Source: Blepharisma stoltei ATCC 30299
Taxonomy: Eukaryota; Protista; Ciliophora
Reading direction: 5' to 3'
Assembly: GCA_965603825.1 (NCBI GenBank)
Contig: CBFDEM010000041.1
Coordinates: 62,001 to 126,000, forward strand
Length of the DNA stretch: 64,000 nucleotides
Positions 45,817 through 57,470 of this stretch are shown one piece after another. The notes beneath the pieces are model-generated. The model did no database searches. It worked only from the letters and a program-made list of their open reading frames with translations, and was not told the DNA's origin. Each line of letters opens with the position of its first letter. Position 1 is the stretch's first letter. The translations under genes were made by a program, and so were the position numbers.

Positions 45817-48800
45817 CTACCATCCTAATGAAGTTCTGTATATCAAATTTTCAGTTAACTGCGGAGCATGCCCAGCTTCTCCACTGAAGGCAAAGCCAGT
45901 GTCTAAAGTATCACTTACGTCTTCTCCTAAAGTAGGATAAGCTTTCTTGAGCTTGTAATCTATCTTCAACCGGCAACTCGCTAAGTACTCTATCCCTTCT
46001 TTCTTCTTCCTCTGCATCTATATCAGTGCCGTCTTCAGGCAATTCTACATCTTTGACTTTACCAACTTTCCCTCTCAATAAATTAGTCAGTTCAACACCT
46101 TTATATATCAACGGAGTCATAAAAAAGCAAAAATAAGTAATTAAAATCATACACAAATAAGAGTTTGGATTTTTTAGCATCCTAGCAGTACTACCTTTTC
46201 CGTCATAATTATCAAGAAACGACTCCATTGGAAGCCATTCAGTAATAATTGCAGATACTAGAAAATATAATAAAATACTCAGCGCTATAATTATCAAAGA
46301 AAACCAAAAGTGAATATAAGAAAAAAGAATAATTTTTACGTTGCACACAATAATCACAAGTGCTAGTACTAAAACTGAGTAAACCCACATCGAATCCATC
46401 CTACCAGACTCCCATTCCCCTGAGACTGTACATATAGCGAATATCGATATTAAACAAATCGCACAAGCCTGTAAAGTTGCTTCCAAAATCCAAAACCAAA
46501 AGGCTGATGTGGTAAATAGCCTCCCTTTTAAGCCTAACTTATAGTGATTTGTGTCATTTTCTAGAGTTTCATATTCCGCTTCTTTATCAAATACAGCGTA
46601 AATTACTATTGGCAATGCTGCAAAAATTATATTAAAAACTTGATAAGTCCATTGATTATAAAGCAGCTGGCCTGAATAAACTGTAAAAAACCCATAAAAA
46701 AAGATAGGCATAACTAACAGCACATTTTTATAGAAATTGTAGCATATCAAGGTCGCATTTCTCCTATAGCATTCTCTGCCATGCACAAACATAAGCCTTT
46801 TTAAATAAGAAAACTGGGCTACTGCATAATCAGATGCTCTGACTGCTTGTTGGCCTTCCAATCCTGAGATACCAATCCCTACATGGGCTGCTGTAATCAT
46901 ATTTACGTCATTAGCCCCATCCCCTATTGCTAAAGTTCTTGCACTAGCTTTAGAGTCTCTTATAAGCTTAACAATATCAGCTTTCTGCTGTGGGCTTACT
47001 CTACAGGCAAGAACTACATTACAACTATCAGTAATTTCCATTAATAATGGCTTTATTTCAGCTCTGACTGCTTTAATCAAGGCATCTCCTGTAATTACTA
47101 AGACAAATTTTGAGCTTGGCTCAGCCTTAGTAGATAAAATGCCTTTTTGAAGCTCTTCTTGGACTTCTTGGGTTCTAGCGGACTGGACGATAATTCTGAC
47201 CATTTCAGAAGTAATTAAATTGCAGGAAAAGCCGATGTTTATGGCGGTTTCGACCTTATCGCCGGTGAGGACCCAGACGTTGATTCCAGCTTCTCTTAAA
47301 AATTTGATGGTTTCTGGGACGTTGTCTTGAAGCCTATCTTCTATTGCAGTGGCGCCTAAAAGAGTCAACTGTGTTTCTATTTCTTCGCTAACTTCGGCCA
47401 CCCTTTTTTCACGGTTGTGGATATCTTTTAAAGCATCAGAGTATTTTTCATTCCAAGCAATATACTCAGCTTCAGTCAAATCCCTTGAAGTCAACACCAA
47501 CGTCCTCAACCCTTCATTTGCGTACTCTTCCAAATTCATCCACGTCATGTCCAATGTCTCACTCTGCTTCAGCCTTGGCAATAATATCGAATCAGCCCCT
47601 TTACAAAGCACCTTGATTTTTTTATCAGGCATCCTCACAATAACTGACATCCTTTTCCTATCACTTGAAAATTCCAGGACATTTAGCACATTCAGCTTCA
47701 TTTCTTCCCCTTCTACGTCTAAAATAACATTTAAATCTTGGTCTCTCCCTAAGAATTTATACCCAAAAAACTTGGCTGCATTTGCTAATGCTAATTCATC
47801 AGGCGAGCTCGCTTTATACTCTATTTCTCCATCTTTATTTTCTGTTATAATAGTGTGGCAGGTCGCTAAATGCATTAAAAAATCATGGGCTGCAGGGTGA
47901 TTTTTATCGAAATTTGGGTCGACGAAATCGACGTGAGGCATTTTGACGTTTAAAGGGGTACGCTTATTGGAGCCATAACTTTTGCCGTCAATAGTAAATT
48001 TTCGGAATTCCATGATATTGCAGGTAAGGGTGCCTGTTTTGTCTGAGAAAACATAGTTGATTTGACCGAGTTCTTCGTTTAAGTTAGAGCTTTGGACCTT
48101 TGCAGGGGTATCTGTAGGCTCATAATAGAGTTTTAGGTCTCAGGCTATAAAAATGGCTTGGATAAATTTTACCATTTCTAGGGTAACTAATAGAGAAATT
48201 GGGACAAAATTGGTAAAGATTAGCATTCAGGAGAAAAATTGGAGGATAAATTGGGCGGCGGCGTTGTCATTAGATTTGTCAAGCTCTAAGTATTGTTCGG
48301 TGTCGCTTTTTGAGGTATCAAACCAGATTGCGTAGAACGTGGCGGCATATACACAGATGCCTAGCTGCAAAAAGAAAATATAAATGACTTGTCTGTTCAT
48401 TTGGCTTTCGAGTTTAGAGGCTTTTGCCCTTGATTTGGGAGAATTTAGCATGATTTTTGATTCGTGGCCTGTGTATACTACAATTCCAGTTATCCAATCA
48501 GTGTTTTTTAATGAACTTCCTCTTAATAAAAGCTGTTCGGATGCTAAAACTAGCACAGTGTCTAAAATTGTTAATAGCCCGTTAAACTGATAAATCATAG
48601 GATTTGGCCCTTCACATCTAACTGTTGCTTCTAGCCCATCAAATTTAGAATCCTCTTCATAATGAGTCTGGGTATCTTTACTAGCTGATTTATGCTTTAA
48701 ATTAGTTTCCCCATCCAGGTTCTTTGTTTCGATATAACAAATTCCTTTTGCGTCACTTGTATTTAGTAGAATAATATCAGCAGGGAAGTATTCATCTTTT

Positions 48801-49240
48801 TTTACACGAATGATATCTCCAACCCTGACTTCTTGTCATGTGACTTTCCTTCAGTCTCTTCCCACCCTAATATGGGTTTGTCTAACATTTTCTTCTTTAT
48901 CTGACCTTTTACGTTTAAGATCTTCAACTAAATCTTTTATCGCACTGACTGTCATAACAAAAACAAGGGGTAATAAAATATTAGGAACACCTCCAGACAC
49001 AGATATTGCAGGAATTGATTGTAAGACCGCCACAACTAAAAAATAAATATTCGCGAGCTTATGGAACTGATTTCATAAATTTTTTGGGAGAAATGTAAGA
49101 CAATTATATTTACTTGTACTAATAGTATTAGTAGTAAATGGGTAAGGCTCAGGGATAGGAATTTGGAATGATCGTTCTGTTGAAACTACTGAGGTTGTCC
49201 TTCGTCTTTCAGCTTCATTTTCTATAAGGCGTTCCTGCAT
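45817..49240 (-). CDS. P4-type ATPase (phospholipid flippase); intron 45903..45918
   Basis: NTISTSKY..FLPKNL, LDGETNLK, PISL, FSDKTGTLT, SPDE, LTGDK, IGDGAND; C-terminal GFAFS motif after the intron. Confidence 0.96.
45903..45918 (-). other. 16-nt intron GTAAGTGATACTTTAG
   Basis: Removal brings the conserved RRHTGFAFS tail into frame. Confidence 0.88.
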
Positions 49241-49476
49241 GATATCAATAACAAATTATTCAACATGTCAAAATTTTTGTATTTGAAAACGATAAAATAT
49301 AAGTTTTTATTATAATAAGGAAGGAAATTGAAAAATTGGGAGGCTCCATGGAGCCGATGAGAGGTGAATGACTAATAAATTATTACGTTAATATATTAAG
49401 CAAAATTTGCAATTTCTGTAAAAATATTATAATATTAGCTTTATATTTAACTATATTCTTGCTTAATTATAATGGT

Positions 49477-51078
49477 TTATGTTAAAAATGTATTGACTAC
49501 CTTGAGAATCACTTTATTCCCTACCACTTTTCTTTTCAAACAAAGTTCAACCCAATTGTTTCCTTTAACGAGAAGTCTGGTAACTTCATCAATTTTATTA
49601 ATAAAATCTCTTCTATTTTTAATCCCATGTAGCCCAAACAAATCAATTGAGTTTTCTCCCGCCACAGAAACTTCAATAATATCATTAAGGCACCAAATAT
49701 TGATAATCCCATAAAAATTCAGCCCGTCATTCATCTCAAACACCCCATCTTCTATATTTTTTGGCTGGACTTGTATAATAATCACTTTCAGCCTACAAAA
49801 TTCTGTTTTTTCCAGCGGGTTTAGCAGCTGGCTTTCATCAAATAGCGGCACTGAAGATTTCCTAGTTCTAGTAACAATAATTTGTTGATTTATGCTGGCC
49901 TGATTAATTGTTTTATAAAGGTAATTTAAGGCTTCGTTCCTTATAGTTTCCAGTCCTGGGATGGTATTTTGCATATGCATTTTTACATTATAGCACCAAT
50001 CAGGAACTACTACTATGGATGAATGGTCTCCAAATTGAATTTGATCACTGCTTATTTTGGCTTCTCTTATTTTTACCCATTTATCTTCATTAATATTCAC
50101 AAGTAAGCATGATAAAGTTGTCAAAAAAAGATAACCAGAACTGTCACAAAGGACTAAAGTTGACTGGCTTGGGTCAGGATAATCTTGCTTTTTGTGGGCA
50201 ACGTAGCAGATTAAGTCTAAAGTTTTATATCTGTAGTGAGGAGCTTCACCAAGGCTTGGTAATGTTGGGCCTGTTGATAAATCTCTTGAGCTTAGTTGGC
50301 TTGTTTCCCAGTCATAAAGGTTTACCACATTCTGATAGAGGTCTTCATCTTCTTGGAAATGGCCAATATGGCTTGTGATTTTTAAAGTTTCGTTGTCACT
50401 AGCACTATAAATGGCTAATGGGCCAGATTTATTGTTGTGGGTGCCTTGGGCTTTACCTCGGAAATGCTTAAATGTGATACCATGTGCTACTACTATATCG
50501 CCGATATTAATTTGTTTTAAGGTTGTTTCTACAAATACGTGAAGCTGAATGAAGTCTCCTGGGCTTAAGGATTGGTCAATTATTTTCAGTTTACATATAT
50601 TGTCCTTAGGCATTTTAATTTCCGCGACATAATCTATTATTACACCAATAATGCTAACTTTCGACAAAGAATTTGCAAGAGCTAGCTGTTGACATTCCTG
50701 CAGCGATCTGGTGGTGTAATTAATTTTTGGACCAAAATTCATCCTTTCAATCTCTAATTTAAGATCCAAGTCAGTTGAGCTATAATGGACATAGAAAGGG
50801 GACGTAAATTTATCAGGAATTACAGGTGAATAAAAAGCTCTATATCTTTCAGGAACGGCCGCAATTTTGCATGGCCCAATTACCACTTTATCCCCTTTCA
50901 TTAAAAGGCGGGCTTTTTGGCACCATCCATCTCCTTCTAACAAACAATATATGAAATCTCCTGTAATGTCCATCAGCAACAACCTACTGACGCCTGCACA
51001 AAGCTCAACGTTATCTTTTACTTCTGCTCGAAATATCCTGCTTTCCCTTTCATTTTCCTGTATAGATCTGACAAACAT
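49477..51078 (-). CDS. POT1: POT1/TEBP-alpha-like multi-OB-fold telomere ssDNA-binding protein
   Basis: VSIIGVIIDY..CKLKIIDQSL..IQLHVF..IGDIVVAH..FKHFRGKAQG resembles OB1; DLICYV..LVLCD..KWVKIR resembles OB2. ATG at 51078. Confidence 0.72.
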   Translation of the reverse strand: MFVRSIQENERESRIFRAEVKDNVELCAGVSRLLLMDITGDFIYCLLEGDGWCQKARLLMKGDKVVIGPCKIAAVPERYRAFYSPVIPDKFTSPFYVHYSSTDLDLKLEIERMNFGPKINYTTRSLQECQQLALANSLSKVSIIGVIIDYVAEIKMPKDNICKLKIIDQSLSPGDFIQLHVFVETTLKQINIGDIVVAHGITFKHFRGKAQGTHNNKSGPLAIYSASDNETLKITSHIGHFQEDEDLYQNVVNLYDWETSQLSSRDLSTGPTLPSLGEAPHYRYKTLDLICYVAHKKQDYPDPSQSTLVLCDSSGYLFLTTLSCLLVNINEDKWVKIREAKISSDQIQFGDHSSIVVVPDWCYNVKMHMQNTIPGLETIRNEALNYLYKTINQASINQQIIVTRTRKSSVPLFDESQLLNPLEKTEFCRLKVIIIQVQPKNIEDGVFEMNDGLNFYGIINIWCLNDIIEVSVAGENSIDLFGLHGIKNRRDFINKIDEVTRLLVKGNNWVELCLKRKVVGNKVILKVVNTFLT

Positions 51079-51090
51079 AATTATTATAAA

Positions 51091-51786
51091 ATGATAAGAG
51101 AACTCCCACAAAGGGCGACAAGAGGGAAAAGGATGACTGAGCTTCTAGGGGAAGAAAAAGATTTAGACGAAGCTTTTTGGAATCAAGACTATTTTAAAGA
51201 AAAAGACACCGATACAGAATATGAGGCAGAAAGCGAACAAGGCGATATTTTTGATGAAGATTTTTTTAAGTCAGAATCTGAAGAGGAAGTAGAAAAAGAA
51301 ACTGAAGAAAAATCAGAAAAGAAAATCAAGAAAAAAAAAGAAATTAAGCAGAAGAAAAAAGAAAAGCATCATGTTGTGTCTAAAATGAAGATGTTTACAC
51401 AAAGGCAAATGCTGGAAGAAGCCGCGATAACGGAGATGTATAATTCACATTCGTTGAGGCAGCTACTTAATATAGAGGAAGATAAAAAACAGAGCGCAAT
51501 TGTGAAGAAAAATACTTTTCAGCCAACGTGAAGACTAGTGGATTCTAATAAAAGCGGGAAAAGAAATTTGACACTTTGGACCGCCGAAAATTTGGAAATT
51601 CCAGGCGCAAATGATATGAATATCGAAAAAGAAGAAAAAGGGAAATATAAAGACCCGTTGACTGGAACCCATTATAACACAGCTGAAGAATTTTTAAAAG
51701 TCAGAGAAAATTATTTTCTGGATCAGGAGAAAACAATTATTAAACAAATTAGAGAACTGCAAGCCCAGCAAAAGAAAATTTTATAA
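51091..51786 (+). CDS. VPS72: VPS72/YL1 (SWR1-complex H2A.Z chaperone subunit)
   Basis: LPQRATRGKRM, acidic tract, FTQRQMLEEAAITE..N..SL, KYKDPLTG..Y...EEF; TGA 51529-51531 read as Trp. Confidence 0.88.
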
Positions 51787-51913
51787 TTTAAAATAATTAG
51801 TCTTGTTGTAAATATTTTTCGCAATAATTTTTTCTGATTTTAATGAATATTAACCTATTTCACAATTTATTGTAATTAAAATTTGGATATTTTTTGGCAA
51901 TTAATATTATATA

Positions 51914-53225
51914 ATGGACCTTGAACGTTTATCTCAATATGAACTCCTTGAAAAAATTGGCAAAGGCTCCTTTGGTGAAGTATTAAAAGCTTTTGCCAAA
52001 GAAACAGGCGAAATTGTTGCTATGAAAGTTATAGATCTAACTGTAAATTTTAACCCAGGATGCAGAAGACTCACTAGACAGCTTAAACAGGGAAATCCAA
52101 ATTTTAAAAGAATGTCAAAATCCCAGAATAACGAACTTTTACGAATCATTTGTGTGTGAAGGAAAGCTGTATATTGTTATGGAATATGTAGCTGGAGGTT
52201 CAGTAAAAGATATTTTGAAGGTTAGAGGGCCATTACAAGAAATCTACATCCCAATTCTCCTTAAAGAACTTTTACTTGCTTTATCATATTTACACTCTAA
52301 TATGAAAATTCATAGAGACATAAAAGCAGCAAATATTTTGCTTTCTATGGATGGCCAAGTAAAACTTGCTGATTTCGGAGTAACAGCACAAATAACAGAA
52401 AGCGTGAATAAAAGGAATTCTTTTGTAGGGACGCCTTATTGGATGGCTCCTGAAGTAGTCGTACAGTCTGGCTATGATTATAAGGCTGATATTTGGTCTG
52501 TTGGCATCACAGCAATTGAGCTGGCTACAGGAAAGCCTCCACACATGGACCTACCTCCGCTATCTGCTTTATTTCGTATCCAAACTGACCCTTCTCCTCA
52601 GCTCGATCAGTCATTTTCTCCTGCTTTCAGAGATTTTGTTTCCCAATGCCTTGAAAAGAACCCCAGCCTGCGACCTGACACTGCTTCCTTACTAAACCAC
52701 AAGTTCATCAAAAATGCCAAAAAGCCTTATTATCTAACTGACCTTCTTGACTCCTCTACTGTTTTAAAGCGTGAGCATTTCCGTTCCTCTTCATCCCAGT
52801 CCCCAGCCAATACAATTTTGCATATTTCTGATAATTCTCACAGACATTCCCACAGTTCAGAAAGTGCTAAAATGAGACAATTAACACATAGAAAAAATTC
52901 TAGTAATTGTTCTTCTAATTCAAATTCTACACTAAACAGTGTAGAAATGATGCCTGATGACATAAGTGGGGCTGCTGTTATGCTACCTAGATGGAGCCAA
53001 GAGAATCCTGGGCTGATTGTAAAGGAGCCTTCTTTTTTGACAATAGTAGAAAACGCTGTAGCTAATATTGAGAGAATTGAAGATTTAAGCTGCGTCGATA
53101 AATTAATATTGGCTATAGCAGAAATGGAATTAAAAGACCCAAGACTGGCGCCTAAGATATTTGCGGATGTAATGAAAATATATAAAGGGAATTACCCAGA
53201 GGAATATAGACAGTTATTTAATTAA
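51914..53225 (+). CDS. STE20/GCKIII (MST3/4-like) kinase; intron 52043..52058
   Basis: IGKGSFGEV, HRDIKAAN, DFGV, FVGTPYWMAPEV, ADIWSVGIT. Confidence 0.93.
52043..52058 (+). other. 16-nt intron GTAAATTTTAACCCAG
   Basis: Removal gives VIDLT^DAEDSLDSLNREIQIL (kinase helix C) in frame. Confidence 0.92.
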
Positions 53226-53248
53226 TGCGTTTTAAAGTGGAATTTAAT

Positions 53249-55159
53249 TTAAAGATAAGTGAAGTTAGAAGTGTGGATTTTCTCTTCCATGTTCAGCAGT
53301 CTAACTGTCAAGGCGTCAATTAAATGTTTTAGCTTGGCTTCTCCGTTAAGTCTTGCACCTTTAGGCCTATTAAATCCTTCCATTAGTGATGCGAAATTGT
53401 TTTCACTGTCCTGTGGCTGCTTTGTGAGGAATTTATATAAATTTATCCATCTTTTAAAAAATACTTGATCAGTAATCGATCCTGTCCTTGGAATTATTTC
53501 TCTAATTTCTCTATCAGAAAAAGCTGCAAGTGCACATCTTCCAAGCTGTGGCTGAGAAATCAGCGATTTCAAATAATTTTCGAACTCATCAAAATTTGAG
53601 GCTTTTTCATAATAAATTCTTTCACTTATTCCTAAAATTGCTTGGTGGTCAAATGCTACCCCTTTATCAGGCTTTATCAGCTTCTTGTGATGGGAAAATA
53701 CTTTTTTGTGATTGAGATCGTAAAGGCAGACATAGAGGGCTACAGCGACTTCTCTTTCTTTATCTTTTACAGTATCAAATAAAAATACTAATAAAGAATC
53801 AAAAAAATATGACTCACTTTTTAGCTGTTTTTCGATGATTTCTTCTTTAGTTTCTTCTCGGGCTGGAGGAAGTGGCGGATTTGCGTAAGGAGGACGGTTG
53901 ACTGGAGCTTTATTTGCGCGATGCTGGACGTCGCTTTCGTAGATGTGAAGATTGGCTTCAAAAAGAGCAATAAAGCTTCTGATTAGGTCGTCGAGAAGGT
54001 TGCCAGTGGAGTCTATTTCAAGCTTCTCAGGGATGGATTTTAGCTCATTTTTGTCAGGGATTAGGTTTGTGAGCTCAATCCAATGGTTCCAATATTCGTG
54101 GTTTTCTATTCTTTTGTGGTTGAATTCTTTAATAAGCAATTTTATGTCTGTGTCTTTGTGGACAGCTATAATCCAGCAGCTGCTGAAAATTCCTGTGTTT
54201 TGTAACCAAGAATGAAAATCGTTTAGTAAATCCCTTAAATGTGGGGCTGTATCAACCATTTGTTGAGCCACTTTAGTAGCTTCTATACAAAAATCACCAA
54301 GAACTGACATAAGCTCAGGCTTTATATAGCTATTAAACTGATGCTCAACCCTTCTTGTTCTACAGTTCAATGCAGAAATTCTCATTTCAATTATTTCTTC
54401 ACATTTAGGTTTTCCAGTTTCCAAGCACGTAAATTTCGTATCAACAATTAACAAATAATCTAAATCCAAGGTTTTGCTTTTTACATTGACTTCTGCTCTA
54501 TCAATAAGAATTTTCTTAAAATATTTTGGCGCCAAAATTCCGTGTATCCCTGAGGTTAAAATCACGTTGTTTTCAGACACAAAAAATTTGATGCCATCCT
54601 GCATAGCTTTGGGTAAGTCAACTTCAATAAAAACGTCACAGTTAGCTCTTGCACCACTGAGGACTTCTTCTTCTCCAGGGATTGCTGTTGCGAAATGGAT
54701 GTGGTTTCTTTGCATTCTATTAAGCCCACGCTTGCTAATTGACTCTACGTTTGTCTTATAAGTCCCGTGGACTACTATAGGGAATTCTGCTGGGTTGGTG
54801 ATTTCTCTTAATAGAGAACTATCGTCAGCGCCTTTTATAGAATGGCCTTGATTGGCTCTGATCCAATATTCTTTCTTTTCTAAGATAATCCCAAATCTTT
54901 GTTTTTCGTCCCTTGCGACTATATCAAGGACTTCTTCAAGACTATAAGTGGAAAATTCTTGATGGGCGAGAATATCAGTAAGCTTGATATAACCAGCTTG
55001 ATTCATGGTTAAGCCTAATTGCTGGAATCCGTGCCTAAGGGCCCATGAGAGTTTTTTTGATTTTTGGACATTAGGGTCGTCCATACCGTATTTTCCTCTC
55101 CCTCTGGGGTGAAAGCCTCCTCTACGAATTCCTCGTTCTCCACGCCATGCTCTTCGCAT
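53249..55159 (-). CDS. TRPT1: tRNA/RNA 2'-phosphotransferase (Tpt1/KptA) fused to two degenerate ERI1-like DEDDh exonuclease domains, with an RGG N-terminus
   Basis: SKKLSWALRHG, KQRF, IRANQGHS, VHGT, RNHIHF, SENNVILT; then YLLIVDTKFTC..EEIIE..FNSYIKP..FCIEAT..WIEL and a second, more divergent copy. Confidence 0.9.
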   Translation of the reverse strand: MRRAWRGERGIRRGGFHPRGRGKYGMDDPNVQKSKKLSWALRHGFQQLGLTMNQAGYIKLTDILAHQEFSTYSLEEVLDIVARDEKQRFGIILEKKEYWIRANQGHSIKGADDSSLLREITNPAEFPIVVHGTYKTNVESISKRGLNRMQRNHIHFATAIPGEEEVLSGARANCDVFIEVDLPKAMQDGIKFFVSENNVILTSGIHGILAPKYFKKILIDRAEVNVKSKTLDLDYLLIVDTKFTCLETGKPKCEEIIEMRISALNCRTRRVEHQFNSYIKPELMSVLGDFCIEATKVAQQMVDTAPHLRDLLNDFHSWLQNTGIFSSCWIIAVHKDTDIKLLIKEFNHKRIENHEYWNHWIELTNLIPDKNELKSIPEKLEIDSTGNLLDDLIRSFIALFEANLHIYESDVQHRANKAPVNRPPYANPPLPPAREETKEEIIEKQLKSESYFFDSLLVFLFDTVKDKEREVAVALYVCLYDLNHKKVFSHHKKLIKPDKGVAFDHQAILGISERIYYEKASNFDEFENYLKSLISQPQLGRCALAAFSDREIREIIPRTGSITDQVFFKRWINLYKFLTKQPQDSENNFASLMEGFNRPKGARLNGEAKLKHLIDALTVRLLNMEEKIHTSNFTYL

Positions 55160-55601
55160 TTATAGATGAATATTTTATAATATGTGATCATTTTAAGCAA
55201 ATAATAGATTAATTGATAATAAAATTAATAAAGCTTGATTTTTTATGTGAGGAATAAATTTGATAATCTTTAAAAATTCAAATTTTATCCAAAAACTTAT
55301 GTTGATATTTTTAAGAATTAATTTTTTTTAGGATCCTTTTTATTTATTGCTGCAACCTAATTTTCTTAATCTATTTATTTTTTTTCCAATATTTTGGCAA
55401 AAACATCTTAATCAAGCTCTCTTAAATAAGGGTTATAATCATAAATTCTAGCTAAAGGTTTGCTTATAAAAACACCCTTTTTAACCTATTATTCAATCAT
55501 TGCAACTCTTCTAATTTATAAAGTAATAAATATATAAAACCCAAACTATTTTTAAAATATTTGCTTAAATTATACTTAAATAAAATTAATTAACCCCAAA
55601 A

Positions 55602-57374
55602 TTAAACTGTCAGTCGAGACAAGGATAATGATATAGAAGAAAGTGATGGCCTTATATCGCCCATCATCGTTTTCCGTTCCTTTGTATCATTAGCGAAGTT
55701 TTCAAAATCCGGCATTTTGAAAACATTAAAAGCGCCGTATTGTAAACGTTTTACTACTTGACTATAGGCGACATCTCCAGTAATTCCATCTTCAGCTGCA
55801 GCTTCTCTATACAAATTTTCTATTTCATATCTAGGAATTGACAATTCTAACTCAAAACAAGCTTCTATGAACGCACGCTCTGATATAAGTCCATTTTTAT
55901 CTTCTCTTGATTTAAACCCTGTGTATATTTTAGCGCCTTTATCGATCCAGATTTCATCATATACTGAGATAATTGCATTTACAAAGCTTGCTTTATTTAT
56001 AAAATACCTTGGATTCGTATATCCATCAATATATTTTTCTGTATCTAACAAGTCGCATAAGTCAGATTTTTTAATAGTGTTGTTTGTAAAGACCCCATCT
56101 AAAATTTTAATTATCATTTCTTCATCAACAAAAGCATCTATTTTTTTTAGTTTTTTAATAAATGTAGAGTAATGAACTGTATCTCCAAATTCCAAATTTT
56201 CTACTCAGTCATCAATATCTATATTTGCACTATAAAATTTATTGCAAATTATATATAAGAAATACTCCCCTTCCTCAATATTAGATGGTCTGCATTTTTC
56301 TAAAATTTTAGCTCCACATATATGGTCTTCTTTAAAAAGCAGCTCTACAAGTTCAATAACATCAGAAAGCAGAGACTCACCGCCATATGAATCTTCTAAA
56401 AATCCTTTAAGAGGAGATCCTGGGGTTTCGTCTGCTGGTTTTAACTGCTTTAGTTGCTGAAAATACACGCGGGCTTGAGTGATATAAATAGCTAGCCTAT
56501 ACGGAATAGGTTTTTCATGATATAAATTTAATAGTCTGCAGAAAAGAATCCCATAGACTTGGCTCATTTTATACAAATTATGCAGAGCTGAAACAAGCTG
56601 ATTTAAGAATTTATATCCTAAATCCTCAGTATCATACCTCGCAAATGTTTTTTCTATCAAAAACTCAGATAAATCTCTTGGCATTTTGCCTTCAGCTATG
56701 AATTTTTGGTCTTCTCCAAACTTATCGTCCATCAATTTTTCAAGAAATTTAAAGGTATAAACCAAATCTAAAGGTTTCGCGTTTTTTTGTTCCTTTTGTT
56801 TAGCTTTTTTTATCAGCTCATTAATATCTAAAAGGCTTTGTTCTTCGAATTCTTTTAATTTTTTTACAATTACGACAGCACTTTCTTCATTTTTTTGCAA
56901 ACGTGGAAATTTAGCTGAAAAAAATTTTCAGTTGGAAAATGATTTTAATAAATGTTGGTTAATTTTGTAAGTCGATATTGTCAAAGCGTTATAAAGGATA
57001 ATTTCTTCTTCTCCAGACTCGTAATATAGCTTTTCTCTTGCTGTATTATTGAATTCTAGGCTAAGTTCATCAAATTCTTCAGAAGCAATTTCAGTCGAAT
57101 CGTTGCTTTTGAGCTTTAAGGCATTTACATATGAGGAAAGATTTTCGTTTTCTTCCATCAGTTGAATGATTTTTTTGAAAGTTTTGTCTTTTTTGGACTC
57201 AAGCTCTTTATAAGTTAGCAATTCTTGCTCAACGGATGATTGGATTTGGGAATGAAGCTGATATAAATCTTTTGAGCGAGGCTTCAGGGCTTGTAGGGTT
57301 CTTGTTATTTCAAGTCATTTATCAAGATACCTTTTATTAAAAGGTATTTCTTCTCTACTTGCTTGGCATCCCAT
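55602..57374 (-). CDS. Coiled-coil/EF-hand-like hypothetical protein
   Basis: ATG 57374 (MGCQAS); continuous frame through three TGAs to TAA 55602; EDKNGLISERAF EF-like loop. Confidence 0.7.
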
Positions 57375-57470
57375 CTTATTATAATAAAATCTGATAAAGG
57401 ACGCTAAGATAAAATGGAAATCAGAATAAATATTGAATCCATAATTAACAGAAAAAATTATGTTTAATAT

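Noticed and set aside
49342-49355. Perfect 14-bp palindrome GGCTCCATGGAGCC upstream of the flippase; also an 8-bp inverted repeat at 16359-16380
   Set aside because: These are isolated, with no second copy, and a few such hits are expected by chance in 64 kb.
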